32,164 bases of DNA from a virus. The notes under the pieces are model-generated. The model had not been told where the DNA came from and ran no database searches. It saw nothing but the letters and a program-made list of their open reading frames with translations. Shown in pieces: positions 16,924 through 24,982 of this stretch (its first letter is position 1; each line of letters starts with the position of its first letter). The position numbers and the translations under genes were made by a program. The stretch is taken from the IMG/VR virus record IMGVR_UViG_3300045988_105262; one strand, written 5' to 3'.

Positions 16924-17526
16924 CTAAATCGTCGTCGTCTCCGTCATATCCCCCACGCCGTTCATCGCGATGTCCCGATACACGCAGCCGCTCGTTGTCT
17001 CCCAAGTCTTGGGTGCTGCTTCGACGCTCAGCGCTTTAAACAGCTTACAACACTTGCACTCACCGCCACGCTTAAAACACATCTTGCATTCGCCTTCCAT
17101 CGCCGCCTCCATGATGGTGATAAAGTTGGTCGTATCGACGATCATGCGATCGCCGCCGCAGTCGCTCGCCTTGGGCAGGTTGATGTCCACTCGCCCATAC
17201 TTGGCCAACGCGTCCACGCGCGCCAGCTGGTCACCGGGCATCGTGACAAAGATCGCGTCCATCGCGCGCGCCATAAATCCGACCGCGCTGCGCCACTTGT
17301 TCCACGCGCCGGGAATCAGCTTCAGGCGCTTCTCCAGCACCTTTCCGCTGCGGTTTCGCGCCGTCATGTACATCAGGTAGACCAGGATGATGATGCTCAG
17401 CTCATCGCCGGTCGCCTTGACCGGTTCGCCATCGTAGTTATACTGAGGTACGCCATCCAGCCCGTGATACTCCAACTCTTTCCGCGCTGTCTGGCCGCCG
17501 CGCGGTCCATATCCGCGATTCTTCAT
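16924..17526 (-). CDS. Hypothetical early protein with C-terminal Cys cluster (CKMCFKRGGECKCCK)
   Basis: ATG 17526 overlaps the upstream stop (ATGA). 200 aa. Confidence 0.5.
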   Translation of the reverse strand: MKNRGYGPRGGQTARKELEYHGLDGVPQYNYDGEPVKATGDELSIIILVYLMYMTARNRSGKVLEKRLKLIPGAWNKWRSAVGFMARAMDAIFVTMPGDQLARVDALAKYGRVDINLPKASDCGGDRMIVDTTNFITIMEAAMEGECKMCFKRGGECKCCKLFKALSVEAAPKTWETTSGCVYRDIAMNGVGDMTETTTI

Positions 17527-17975
17527 ACATTTCTCGCTCCTCTCTCCTGCCGTATGCGCCGCAGCGCGCCGCGCTGCATCCATCCCTCGATCATGTCCAT
17601 TACCCGGTCAAAAGCCGCAGCTTCCACGTCGCCCACCGCCCTGCAGCCGGTCGCCTCGCGGACGCTCTTACGGATTTCCACGGCGATGACCTTTTCCGCG
17701 CCGATCAAACCGTTCTGCGCGGCCAAATCAGCGGCGCGCGCACGGATTGCGGCGTTGATGGCGCTCTCCTGCCCGCGGCTGACGCGCATGGAGGACAGCG
17801 CGCGGTTGAGCCGCTCGATCTCCTGGCTCTGCATCAGGATCGCCGCGCGGATTTCCGCCAGCATAACATTTTGTTGGCGGATCATCTCGCTCATCTCCAT
17901 CATGGCCGCGTCACGCTTGTCAAGCGTCTGCCCCTGCTCCGGGGACAACTTGATGATCTCTGCGCCCATCACCAT
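17523..17975 (-). CDS. Hypothetical early protein, ORF6C-like C-terminal pattern
   Basis: 150 aa. RVSRGQESAINAAIRARAADL...VIAVEIRKSVREATGCRAVGDVEAAAFDRVMDMIEGW resembles the ORF6C domain layout. Confidence 0.4.
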   Translation of the reverse strand: MVMGAEIIKLSPEQGQTLDKRDAAMMEMSEMIRQQNVMLAEIRAAILMQSQEIERLNRALSSMRVSRGQESAINAAIRARAADLAAQNGLIGAEKVIAVEIRKSVREATGCRAVGDVEAAAFDRVMDMIEGWMQRGALRRIRQERGARNV

Positions 17976-18946
17976 CAGCCCCCAATCGCGTCGATAATCG
18001 TCTGTGCCATTGTCCGCAGCGTCACCGCATGACCCATCAGCATCTGGCGCGTCCCGTCATCCATCTGCACAGCGCCCAACGCCGCAACGCTTCCGCCCGC
18101 CGAGGCAATCATCGTGCCGATGGCTGCATTGATCGTGCTGATAGGGTCAACCGCCTGTCCGCCGCCGCGCATCGTGTTGACGTTGGCACGCATGTCCGCC
18201 GCGTCCAGCTCATCCTCAAGCTGCTCGATGCGCTGCTCGTAGGCCGACCGCTCGCTATCGGCCAGCGTCGTGTTGTTTTCGGCGGCTCGCAGCTGGTCTT
18301 TCAGCTTTTCGACCTCCGCAGTAAGCGCTTTCACTCTGGCGTCGTCGCCCGCTTGGGACTTTTCCTGACCTTTCAGCTCTTCGATCTCGGCCACCTTTTG
18401 CCCGATGACCTTCTGCGCCCAGTCCCTGTATTTTTCGTGATCTTTTTCCAGCTTTTCCCATGCCTTGTCCTTGGCTCGGGCTTCGCCGCGCAGCCGCTCA
18501 ACCTCCTTGCCCTTTTCCGCAGCCTTGTCGATCAACTCGTTGCGCTCTTTTTTGACCTCGGCAAGCTCGCGGCGATACTGCGCGACAGCCTCCGTCACCT
18601 CGCGACTCGTCGCGTTCTCCGCATCGATGCGCGCAGCGAAGGCTTCGCGCTCCTCCGCAGGAATGCGGATCAGCGCGTTGATCTTGCTGTCGTCCAGCCC
18701 CAGCAGCGGACTGTCCTGCGCCAGCTCTCGTGCCTGCCGCATCGCCAGCTGCACACCGCGTTCGTTCAGTCCGCTGTGCGCGGTCGCCCACGCCGTCCAC
18801 TCGCCATGAGGGACGACGCCCTCATCCTTGGCCTGGTTGAGCAGGTTGCCGATCTGCCACATAGACAGAGCGATGTTTTTTTTGCATTGCTCAAGATTCG
18901 TCTCGATGTACGCCCTGCGGACGTTCACACTGATCTCTGTGCTCAT
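17975..18946 (-). CDS. DUF3102-like N-terminal domain protein with long coiled coil
   Basis: N-terminus ...IGNLLNQAKDEGVVPHGEWTAWATAHSGLNERGVQLAMRQA fits the DUF3102 pattern. The central region is rich in E/K/A heptads. Confidence 0.4.
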   Translation of the reverse strand: MSTEISVNVRRAYIETNLEQCKKNIALSMWQIGNLLNQAKDEGVVPHGEWTAWATAHSGLNERGVQLAMRQARELAQDSPLLGLDDSKINALIRIPAEEREAFAARIDAENATSREVTEAVAQYRRELAEVKKERNELIDKAAEKGKEVERLRGEARAKDKAWEKLEKDHEKYRDWAQKVIGQKVAEIEELKGQEKSQAGDDARVKALTAEVEKLKDQLRAAENNTTLADSERSAYEQRIEQLEDELDAADMRANVNTMRGGGQAVDPISTINAAIGTMIASAGGSVAALGAVQMDDGTRQMLMGHAVTLRTMAQTIIDAIGG

Positions 18947-18962
18947 GTTTTTTTATCCTTTC

Positions 18963-19412
18963 TCAATCATGCATTTCCGCCAGCGTCTGAAGCTCATATA
19001 TACGCCGCCCTATGATGGCGATTGCATTAGACATACCATGAGTTTTTCCAGATCGCGAAAAAATTTCACCTTGGTAATGTTGCGCCCACATTTGCGATTC
19101 TACATTTTTAGGCGCTGGCGGAGTACCTACCTGCATCATAGATATTTGATTTCTGCTGGCGATCGCGAAGTCCATGAACTCCTCTTCTTTGCGCCTTTCC
19201 GACTCAATTTGACTTTGCACATGCATTAAGGCCGGTACCATAATCTTCGCCAGCATTCTTGCGCGTGGAAAATCACAGATAATATTTTTATCATCTGGTT
19301 TTATGCCAATTTGACGACAATATTGCATAGCCTCTTCAAACGTTAAAAAAGGCATCTCAACGCTTACACCATCCGTTACGACGTACCCGACACACTCGAC
19401 GGATTTTTCCAT
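18963..19412 (-). CDS. Hypothetical protein (low-GC orphan within the replication module)
   Basis: 149 aa. ACAGGAGGT RBS. Two hand-counted 60-nt lines give about 35% GC, against about 67% in the adjacent primase gene. Confidence 0.6.
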   Translation of the reverse strand: MEKSVECVGYVVTDGVSVEMPFLTFEEAMQYCRQIGIKPDDKNIICDFPRARMLAKIMVPALMHVQSQIESERRKEEEFMDFAIASRNQISMMQVGTPPAPKNVESQMWAQHYQGEIFSRSGKTHGMSNAIAIIGRRIYELQTLAEMHD

Positions 19413-19437
19413 TTTTTTGTACCTCCTGTCCTAATCG

Positions 19438-22413
19438 TCACGCAAACGGCAGCGGCTCATCCGCCACCGGGATAAACCCTTCGGCGGGCGCGCTGTCCTC
19501 CTGCGTCGTGCCCGTACCATCGATGCGCGCGCGGTCGATCCAGAGGAGCTTGAGCGTCCTGTCCTTAATCCGCTTATTGCGTAAAGGCGTAGGTCGTCCG
19601 CGATCCATGCCCGGCATGCACAGACCCATCTCCATCATCTGGCGGCGCACCGCCGTCGCACTCATCGCAAGGCTGCTTTCGCGGTCTTTGAGATTGCGAC
19701 GCACACACTGGTCAATTGCTTCTGCATCAAAGTAGTAAAAATCCGAATCTCGCCAACCAACCACCGGTCGATTGGCGTAGTCCTTTCGCCCGTCCACCTG
19801 CGGCGCAGGGTTGGTATCGGTCAAATCAACGTAGGCCGCAGCCTGTGTGACGATCAGTGAGCGGATCACGCTGACATAGACGTGTGCCGGAGTCATGTCC
19901 GCGATATCCTCGCCCTGGCGGCCGATGTTTTCGGCGATTCCCGCCAGCGTCTTGGCATACAGAGCGTCGATCTCCGGCGCGCTCATCGCGCCGACCGCAC
20001 CCAGCCAATCCAGCATCATCCGGCAGCCCATCGTCAGAAACGCTGCGCTTTCTTTCAGACGGGCAAAACGTGGGTCAATGTCCATCTTTTCTGCTTCACG
20101 CATCGCGTCTGCCAGACGTTCTTCCATTTCGTCGCCAAGTGTGTCGTATCGCTCCATCAGCCACTTGATATAGCTCCTCATACCCGCCCGATACGCACCA
20201 CCGCGCTGGAGCCTTGCGTACGGCTCCAGCGCGTCTGTCGTCTTGGCGATTTCGCCGCGCTCAACGTGGATAACGTACAGGCGCAGCGTGCGCCCTTCGT
20301 TAATCTCCGGCAGGATTTCTCCTGTCATCGTGATCGTACTGCGCACCGGTCTGCCTTTGATGGTCTGTTTGTCCGCACTCTGGCGGTTCCGCGCCGCGCG
20401 ATCGGACGCCGCGCTGATCAAATTGTTGGCAACACGGTTCAACTCATCGCTTTCGCGTCGCGTCTTGGTCTGAAAAAAATCGTCACAGGTGAAAAGCGTA
20501 TCTTTGCAGTAGTAAGGCGCATCTGCCGTCCAGTTGCTGGTCGAGCGGAAGTTGGCAGGCATCTGCTTGGCGTGAAAATCGCCAAACATGCTTTGTATGT
20601 ACCCTTGCAGCGTGCTCTTAAAGCTGCCGCTCGCGCCGACGAGAAAGACCACATAGCCCGGCGTTCGCCCGCTGGCAACCATCGTGCTGTACAGTGGTCC
20701 GAGAAACGCCTGCGCCAACAGCGGCATCACAATCCGCGCGTCAAAGCCTCTTGCCAGCGCCGCGACAGCTTGCGCGCCGACCTGTTCGATCTCATCCTCC
20801 GTCTTGCCCTTGATCTCCGGCAGGCGCAGATGGTAGTGCGTGCTGGCATTGACCAGCTCCACGCTCACGTCGTCCGCGCCGATCGCGCCGTCGTGATACA
20901 TGTAGATCAGCCGATCACCGATGCGCTTAAAGCCAGTATAGCCGTAGATCGTTCGATCTTTCGCACCTTTCTGTCCGCCGCGCAGCAGCGCGTCCTTGAC
21001 ATATCCGGCAGTCAACCCGCCCGGGTAAATGTTGCCATAGGCTTTCCATACCTTCGCAGGCCACTTCATCGCCAAAAACTCGTCGTTTTTGACATCCGCG
21101 TCCGGCAGGCTGCGCCCGCTCGGCGTTCTCGCCGCGACAATCCACTCCGTGTCCTGCGTCACGCCGTCGTCGCGGGTGATCGTCTCCTTGAGTTCCGGCA
21201 CAAAGTCGCAGAGCGGTTTCGCCCAGGCGGCTTTTCCGTGTCCCATGATCCGGCACAAACGCCCGTTTTCGATGGCGTATTCATGCAATCCCATGTAATG
21301 GTCAAAGCGGTCATCATCCCCGCCGTCGTCGCCGCCCTTTGGCAAAACCGAATTCGTATTCGGTTTTCCTTCCGTTTCGGCAGGTTTCGACGCGGCCTTT
21401 CGGGCTTTGGCCTCGTCCATGTCGAGCACCTTGCCCTGCCGCACATACGGCATAGCCTTGCCCACCATCTCAGCAAAAACCTTGACGATGGTTTCGCGCT
21501 TCCACCCGCGTCCGGACTGCATCTCATGTGCCCAATCTGTAAAATCGCCCTTGGCAAAGCGCTCACGTTCATCTGGCGTCAGGTAATCGACCAGGTGCAG
21601 CGTTGCCAGCTCGCCAACTTTACCGATCAGCTGCTCGCAGACGTATGCGCAGAGCTTTTCGCCTGCATCGTCGTTGTCTGGGATGTAGATGACGCGCCTC
21701 GCGCCGCTGAGCGCCTCGGTATAGGCGGGCAGCCACTTGCCATCCAGCCGCCCCTTTCCCGCACCGTATGCGCTGGATACCGCACAGAAACCCAGCGCCG
21801 CGAGGTTGTTCGCGTCCTTCTCGCCCTCGACGATCAGGACGGTTTCGCCCGCTGCTTTTGCCGCCAGCATCTCCGGCAGCCGGTAGAGCAGGTCATGCCA
21901 CAGATCGCCGACGTAGAGCTTGCCATCCTCGCCATAGCTCTGGAAAGCAAAGGTCTTTTTCCGTTCGCCGTTTTCGTCGTACCCCTCATACCGAGCTTTG
22001 AGCTTTTTGACCTTGCCCGTCGCATCTTTGTACTCATAAATGCGCGTCAGCTCGTAGTCAACATCTTTGATCTTCCACCGATGCCCGACTGCAAATGGTC
22101 GCCGCGCCAGCTTGGGCGGATCAGTCTTTTTCTCAGGCTTCTTCCTGGCGTACCGCTCGGGCGGCTCTCCTGTCATTGCATCCACCGCCACATCTTTCAG
22201 CGTATAGCCCAGCGCCTCCGCAACATCCTTGCGGTCCGCGCCGCAGGCGTGGCATTTCATGACAGTCTGCCCATCGTCGCCGATATAGCAGTGCAGACTC
22301 GGGTCATGGTCGGCATGGCAGGGGCAGATCGCCCAAAATCCGCCTGGCTTATCGCTGCGCTTTCGGTCATCGACCGTCAGCATCGAGCGCCATGCATCCA
22401 GCGTCATCCCCAT
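19438..22413 (-). CDS. Bifunctional primase-helicase (CHC2-like Zn finger + TOPRIM + P-loop NTPase/D5-DUF927-like)
   Basis: CPCHADHDPSLHC...KCHACG zinc finger. TOPRIM motifs VLIVEGEKDANNL and IYIPDNDDAGEK. Walker A FLVGASGSFKST and Walker B-like LFTCDDF. Confidence 0.85.
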   Translation of the reverse strand: MGMTLDAWRSMLTVDDRKRSDKPGGFWAICPCHADHDPSLHCYIGDDGQTVMKCHACGADRKDVAEALGYTLKDVAVDAMTGEPPERYARKKPEKKTDPPKLARRPFAVGHRWKIKDVDYELTRIYEYKDATGKVKKLKARYEGYDENGERKKTFAFQSYGEDGKLYVGDLWHDLLYRLPEMLAAKAAGETVLIVEGEKDANNLAALGFCAVSSAYGAGKGRLDGKWLPAYTEALSGARRVIYIPDNDDAGEKLCAYVCEQLIGKVGELATLHLVDYLTPDERERFAKGDFTDWAHEMQSGRGWKRETIVKVFAEMVGKAMPYVRQGKVLDMDEAKARKAASKPAETEGKPNTNSVLPKGGDDGGDDDRFDHYMGLHEYAIENGRLCRIMGHGKAAWAKPLCDFVPELKETITRDDGVTQDTEWIVAARTPSGRSLPDADVKNDEFLAMKWPAKVWKAYGNIYPGGLTAGYVKDALLRGGQKGAKDRTIYGYTGFKRIGDRLIYMYHDGAIGADDVSVELVNASTHYHLRLPEIKGKTEDEIEQVGAQAVAALARGFDARIVMPLLAQAFLGPLYSTMVASGRTPGYVVFLVGASGSFKSTLQGYIQSMFGDFHAKQMPANFRSTSNWTADAPYYCKDTLFTCDDFFQTKTRRESDELNRVANNLISAASDRAARNRQSADKQTIKGRPVRSTITMTGEILPEINEGRTLRLYVIHVERGEIAKTTDALEPYARLQRGGAYRAGMRSYIKWLMERYDTLGDEMEERLADAMREAEKMDIDPRFARLKESAAFLTMGCRMMLDWLGAVGAMSAPEIDALYAKTLAGIAENIGRQGEDIADMTPAHVYVSVIRSLIVTQAAAYVDLTDTNPAPQVDGRKDYANRPVVGWRDSDFYYFDAEAIDQCVRRNLKDRESSLAMSATAVRRQMMEMGLCMPGMDRGRPTPLRNKRIKDRTLKLLWIDRARIDGTGTTQEDSAPAEGFIPVADEPLPFA

Positions 22414-22442
22414 CTGTCACACCGTCCTCTTGTTCTCTTTGG

Positions 22443-22649
22443 TCAAATCTCCACATGCAGGCACTCGCGTGCGGCAGCCTTCACCGCCATGCGTCCCTCT
22501 TCGGTCGTCTGCACTGTCAGCACTGCATCCGCCAGCGCATAGTCCATGACATGATCCGGGATCTCCCGCATCGTTGCACTCAGCAGCTTTCCGCCGCCCT
22601 GTCCATGCTTATCAGCCCGGCTGTACCGCGCCGCCGTCATCACCTGCAT
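22443..22649 (-). CDS. Hypothetical small early protein
   Basis: ATG 22649 lies 7 nt after AAGGAGG. 68 aa. Confidence 0.45.
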   Translation of the reverse strand: MQVMTAARYSRADKHGQGGGKLLSATMREIPDHVMDYALADAVLTVQTTEEGRMAVKAAARECLHVEI

Positions 22650-22872
22650 TTTCCGCACCTCCTTCTTGAGTCGGGATCACTTCGAGATTCAGCCGAAAAT
22701 CGGTGATCTGATCCGCCTGATATACACGCTGTGCGCGGCATGCCATACACATCACGACAGCCTGCCAGCCGAAACATACCGTGCCATCCTCCGTTTTCGT
22801 CCAAATGGGATCATACGCCACAGCTTCCTGACCACCGCATTTTTCACACCGTCCGCACCTGATCTCGATCAT
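22612..22872 (-). CDS. Small Zn-ribbon protein (CGRCEKCGG ... CMAC)
   Basis: 86 aa. ATGA overlap with the upstream gene. Confidence 0.55.
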   Translation of the reverse strand: MIEIRCGRCEKCGGQEAVAYDPIWTKTEDGTVCFGWQAVVMCMACRAQRVYQADQITDFRLNLEVIPTQEGGAENAGDDGGAVQPG

Positions 22873-23174
22873 TGTCTGTCCCCGCTCCTCTCATTTACGG
22901 CGCGCACAAACTCAGTGCGCGACCCTCCAGTCCGCAGATATACCCAACCGCAGTCCGGATTGCTGCACGCCGCCCGCCGGATCACCGCAGGTCCAAAGCG
23001 GCTTGCCATCAGCACTCGCTCTCGCGCTAGAACCGCGCTCCCGCAATGCGGACACGGTTTGAACCGCGCCGCGCGGATGCCGCGCTCCCGCCATTGCTCC
23101 GGATTATACTCAAGTTCGACAGACGGCTGACCACGCCGATGCGTTGCCAATCCATCTCCATCAGTGTACCGCAC
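22869..23174 (-). CDS. Lar-like Zn-ribbon protein (possible restriction alleviation)
   Basis: FKPCPHCGS ... CSNPDCGW ... EFVRAVNER resembles the Lar family layout (KPCPFCG ... C..CG ... A..AWN.R). GTG 23174 after GAGGGGGA is the preferred start. The longer ORF to 23342 overlaps the upstream gene without an RBS. Confidence 0.45.
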   Translation of the reverse strand: MRYTDGDGLATHRRGQPSVELEYNPEQWRERGIRAARFKPCPHCGSAVLARERVLMASRFGPAVIRRAACSNPDCGWVYLRTGGSRTEFVRAVNERSGDRQ

Positions 23175-23415
23175 CGCTTTTGTCCCCCTCAAAGGGCATT
23201 TCATTCTGTGCGTGCCGGGAGATAATCGCCTCGACAAGCGCACGCTCCAGTAAATCGACGATGTCATCCTGACCTTCATAGTCCGTCGCCATCGTCTGAA
23301 TGGCATCCACACATAGGCACGCCAGTTCATCCAGCAATTCATCCGTTGTACCGGTAAAGCTGCCGCTGATGCTGATGCTGTCGTCAGCTTCCCTTACTAC
23401 CTCCGCATTGATCAT
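23161..23415 (-). CDS. Highly acidic small early protein (first gene after the cro-like gene)
   Basis: 84 aa with 19 D/E against 4 K/R by hand count. GGAGGA RBS, ATGA coupling to the cro-like gene. Confidence 0.6.
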   Translation of the reverse strand: MINAEVVREADDSISISGSFTGTTDELLDELACLCVDAIQTMATDYEGQDDIVDLLERALVEAIISRHAQNEMPFEGDKSGAVH

Positions 23416-23687
23416 TCCAAATCCTCCAGATCGTTGTCGGTCGTCGGTGCTTCCGCCTGCTGTGCCGCGTCTTCCTGCTGCACGTCATCCATCTCCGGGA
23501 AAAGTGCATCAATGCTCACGCCGAGGGCGCGCGCCATCTTCGGCAACTTCTCGAGCGTTTTTCCGCGTGTCCCATTTGCAAGTCGAGCAATGGTTACTAA
23601 ACTAATACCAGATTTCTCAGCAAGTTCGTTCATAGTCATGTTTTTTTCGCGCAAAGCAAGTCTCAATCGCTCAGCAAACCCGTTCAT
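23412..23687 (-). CDS. XRE-family HTH regulator, Cro-like by position (heads the early operon)
   Basis: LREKNMTMNELAEKSGISLVTIARLANG HTH. Divergent from the other XRE gene. Downstream of a consensus promoter. Confidence 0.8.
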   Translation of the reverse strand: MNGFAERLRLALREKNMTMNELAEKSGISLVTIARLANGTRGKTLEKLPKMARALGVSIDALFPEMDDVQQEDAAQQAEAPTTDNDLEDLE

Positions 23688-23736
23688 TTTCTCACCTCAC
23701 ATGTGCCGTCTTGTCACATTTCTGCTTTACAGCCCC

Positions 23737-23765
23737 ATTATAAGTACCAATTTGGTAATTGTCAA
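23737..23765 (-). promoter_or_regulatory. Early promoter, perfect sigma-A consensus TTGACA-17-TATAAT
   Basis: The minus strand reads cTTGACAattaccaaattggtactTATAATgggg. -35 at 23765..23760, -10 at 23742..23737. Confidence 0.8.
23745..23757. promoter_or_regulatory. Palindromic operator TACCAAtTTGGTA inside the early-promoter spacer
   Basis: Perfect 6-1-6 dyad. Related sites TACCATTTCGGCA (23786, 23841), TACCATTTTGGAA (23813) and TACCTTCGGTGA (23884). Confidence 0.65.
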
Positions 23766-23875
23766 GCCCTATATAAAAAATTTTGTACCATTTCGGCACA
23801 CCAAAAGGATTTTACCATTTTGGAAAGTAATATATTAAAGTACCATTTCGGCAAATTTTTTAAGGAGGTGTTTTT

Positions 23876-24232
23876 TTGATTGGTACCTTCGGTGACAGAC
23901 TTCGCGCAATTCGTGAGGACCACGACGTTATGCAAAAAGATCTTGCGGAAGAATTTGGGATTACACACAGTGCATTAAGTCGCTACGAGCAGAATAAAAG
24001 AGAACCTCCGATTGATTTCATCATCAATTTCTGTCGGTATTTTAATGTTTCATCTGATTTTCTCTTTGGTCTATCTGATGATTACAGACCTCCGGTGAAT
24101 GTCAGCATCCCCCCTGCCATCATGTCTCGAAACCCTTATGCAGATTTATCACCCGATCACCGCGCAACGCTAGATGCTATGGCAGACATATTTAGGCAAC
24201 AAGAAGCAGCGCAAGGACAAAAAGAGGCGTAA
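23876..24232 (+). CDS. XRE-family HTH repressor, CI-like by position; no S24 peptidase domain
   Basis: LRAIREDHDVMQKDLAEEFGITHSALSRYEQNKR HTH. TTG start after AAGGAGGTG. Only 118 aa. Confidence 0.75.
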   Translation: MIGTFGDRLRAIREDHDVMQKDLAEEFGITHSALSRYEQNKREPPIDFIINFCRYFNVSSDFLFGLSDDYRPPVNVSIPPAIMSRNPYADLSPDHRATLDAMADIFRQQEAAQGQKEA

Positions 24233-24249
24233 TCTTGTTTTTGAGAGCA

Positions 24250-24280
24250 AAAAAAGCGCCGCCCGAGGGCGACGTTTGAT
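24250..24280. terminator. Rho-independent terminator between convergent genes (best on the minus strand: stem then T7)
   Basis: GC-rich stem gcgccgccc/gggcgacgt (24257..24276) with one mismatch. A7 on the plus strand (24250..24256) gives U7 on the minus transcript. Confidence 0.6.
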
Positions 24281-24295
24281 GAAGTTGTGCTTGTC

Positions 24296-24718
24296 TTAGT
24301 TTCGGTTGGTTTCTTTCGCCGCGCGAAGAGCTGCCGCAACGTCGATACCGGTCTGCATCGGTTCCTGCTTGGGCCAGTGCGCCGGATCGTCCTGCGTGAT
24401 CGGCTTGGTCTCAGCTTTCTTCTCAGTGGTCGGCTGCACAGCGACCTTCTCCGGCAGCTTGATCTTGCCGATTGCTTCGCCATTGGCATACAGCAGACTG
24501 ATGATGCTCTCCAGTCCGTCAAAGAGCCAGCGCGCCAGCAGGGCTACACAGGCAAGCATGCCGCCTTGGAAAGCCGCATTGCTCATATGGTTCAGTTCGC
24601 TGTAAATCGTCAGCGCGACGAGCAGCAACACGATAACCGTTGAAAATACCTTGGCGTGTCGTACGCCTGCCGTCATCTTTTTCTCTACGTCTACATTGGT
24701 CAGGTTCGATTTTCTCAT
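24296..24718 (-). CDS. Small membrane protein (two hydrophobic segments), possible lysogen-expressed exclusion factor
   Basis: VFSTVIVLLLVALTIY and GGMLACVALLARWLF segments. GGAGG RBS. Has its own near-consensus promoter. Confidence 0.6.
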   Translation of the reverse strand: MRKSNLTNVDVEKKMTAGVRHAKVFSTVIVLLLVALTIYSELNHMSNAAFQGGMLACVALLARWLFDGLESIISLLYANGEAIGKIKLPEKVAVQPTTEKKAETKPITQDDPAHWPKQEPMQTGIDVAAALRAAKETNRN

Positions 24719-24747
24719 GGTTTTTTCCTCCGTTTTCGTTTTTGTCC

Positions 24748-24776
24748 ATTATAACGCCCATTTTATCCGAATGCAA
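24748..24776 (-). promoter_or_regulatory. Promoter TTGCAT-17-TATAAT for the membrane protein gene
   Basis: The minus strand reads aTTGCATtcggataaaatgggcgtTATAATgg. -35 at 24776..24771, -10 at 24753..24748. Confidence 0.7.
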
Positions 24777-24785
24777 TTAATTTTA

Positions 24786-24957
24786 TGCCGTTTTGGTATG
24801 TCTTTTTAACAAAATGTTATTCCATTTCGGTATATTTCACCGTTTCGGCAAGTGATTTTAACAGTTTGTTTTGCTATTTCGGTCGTTTTATACCATTTCG
24901 GCAAGCTTTTTAACAGTCTGTTATACCGTTTCGGCAAGCACTTTTTAACATTTTGTT
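24786..24957. repeat. About 52-bp unit repeated three times, containing six operator-like 13-mers and four AACA-N3-TGTT dyads
   Basis: 13-mers start at 24786, 24820, 24838, 24872, 24891 and 24924, with alternating 34/18-bp spacing. AACAnnnTGTT dyads start at 24808, 24860, 24912 and 24947. Confidence 0.85.
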
Positions 24958-24982
24958 TACTAAAACGGCAAAAAATCGCCCT

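Noticed and set aside
19882-22542. 886-aa plus-strand ORF, and similar long plus-strand ORFs at 8196..9446, 16765..17997, 880..1866, 18029..19015 and 5497..6306
   Set aside because: They lie antisense to well-supported minus-strand genes (primase-helicase, capsid and others). They have Arg/Ala/His-rich low-complexity translations, no RBS and no recognisable motifs. This is the typical stop-poor antisense frame of high-GC DNA.
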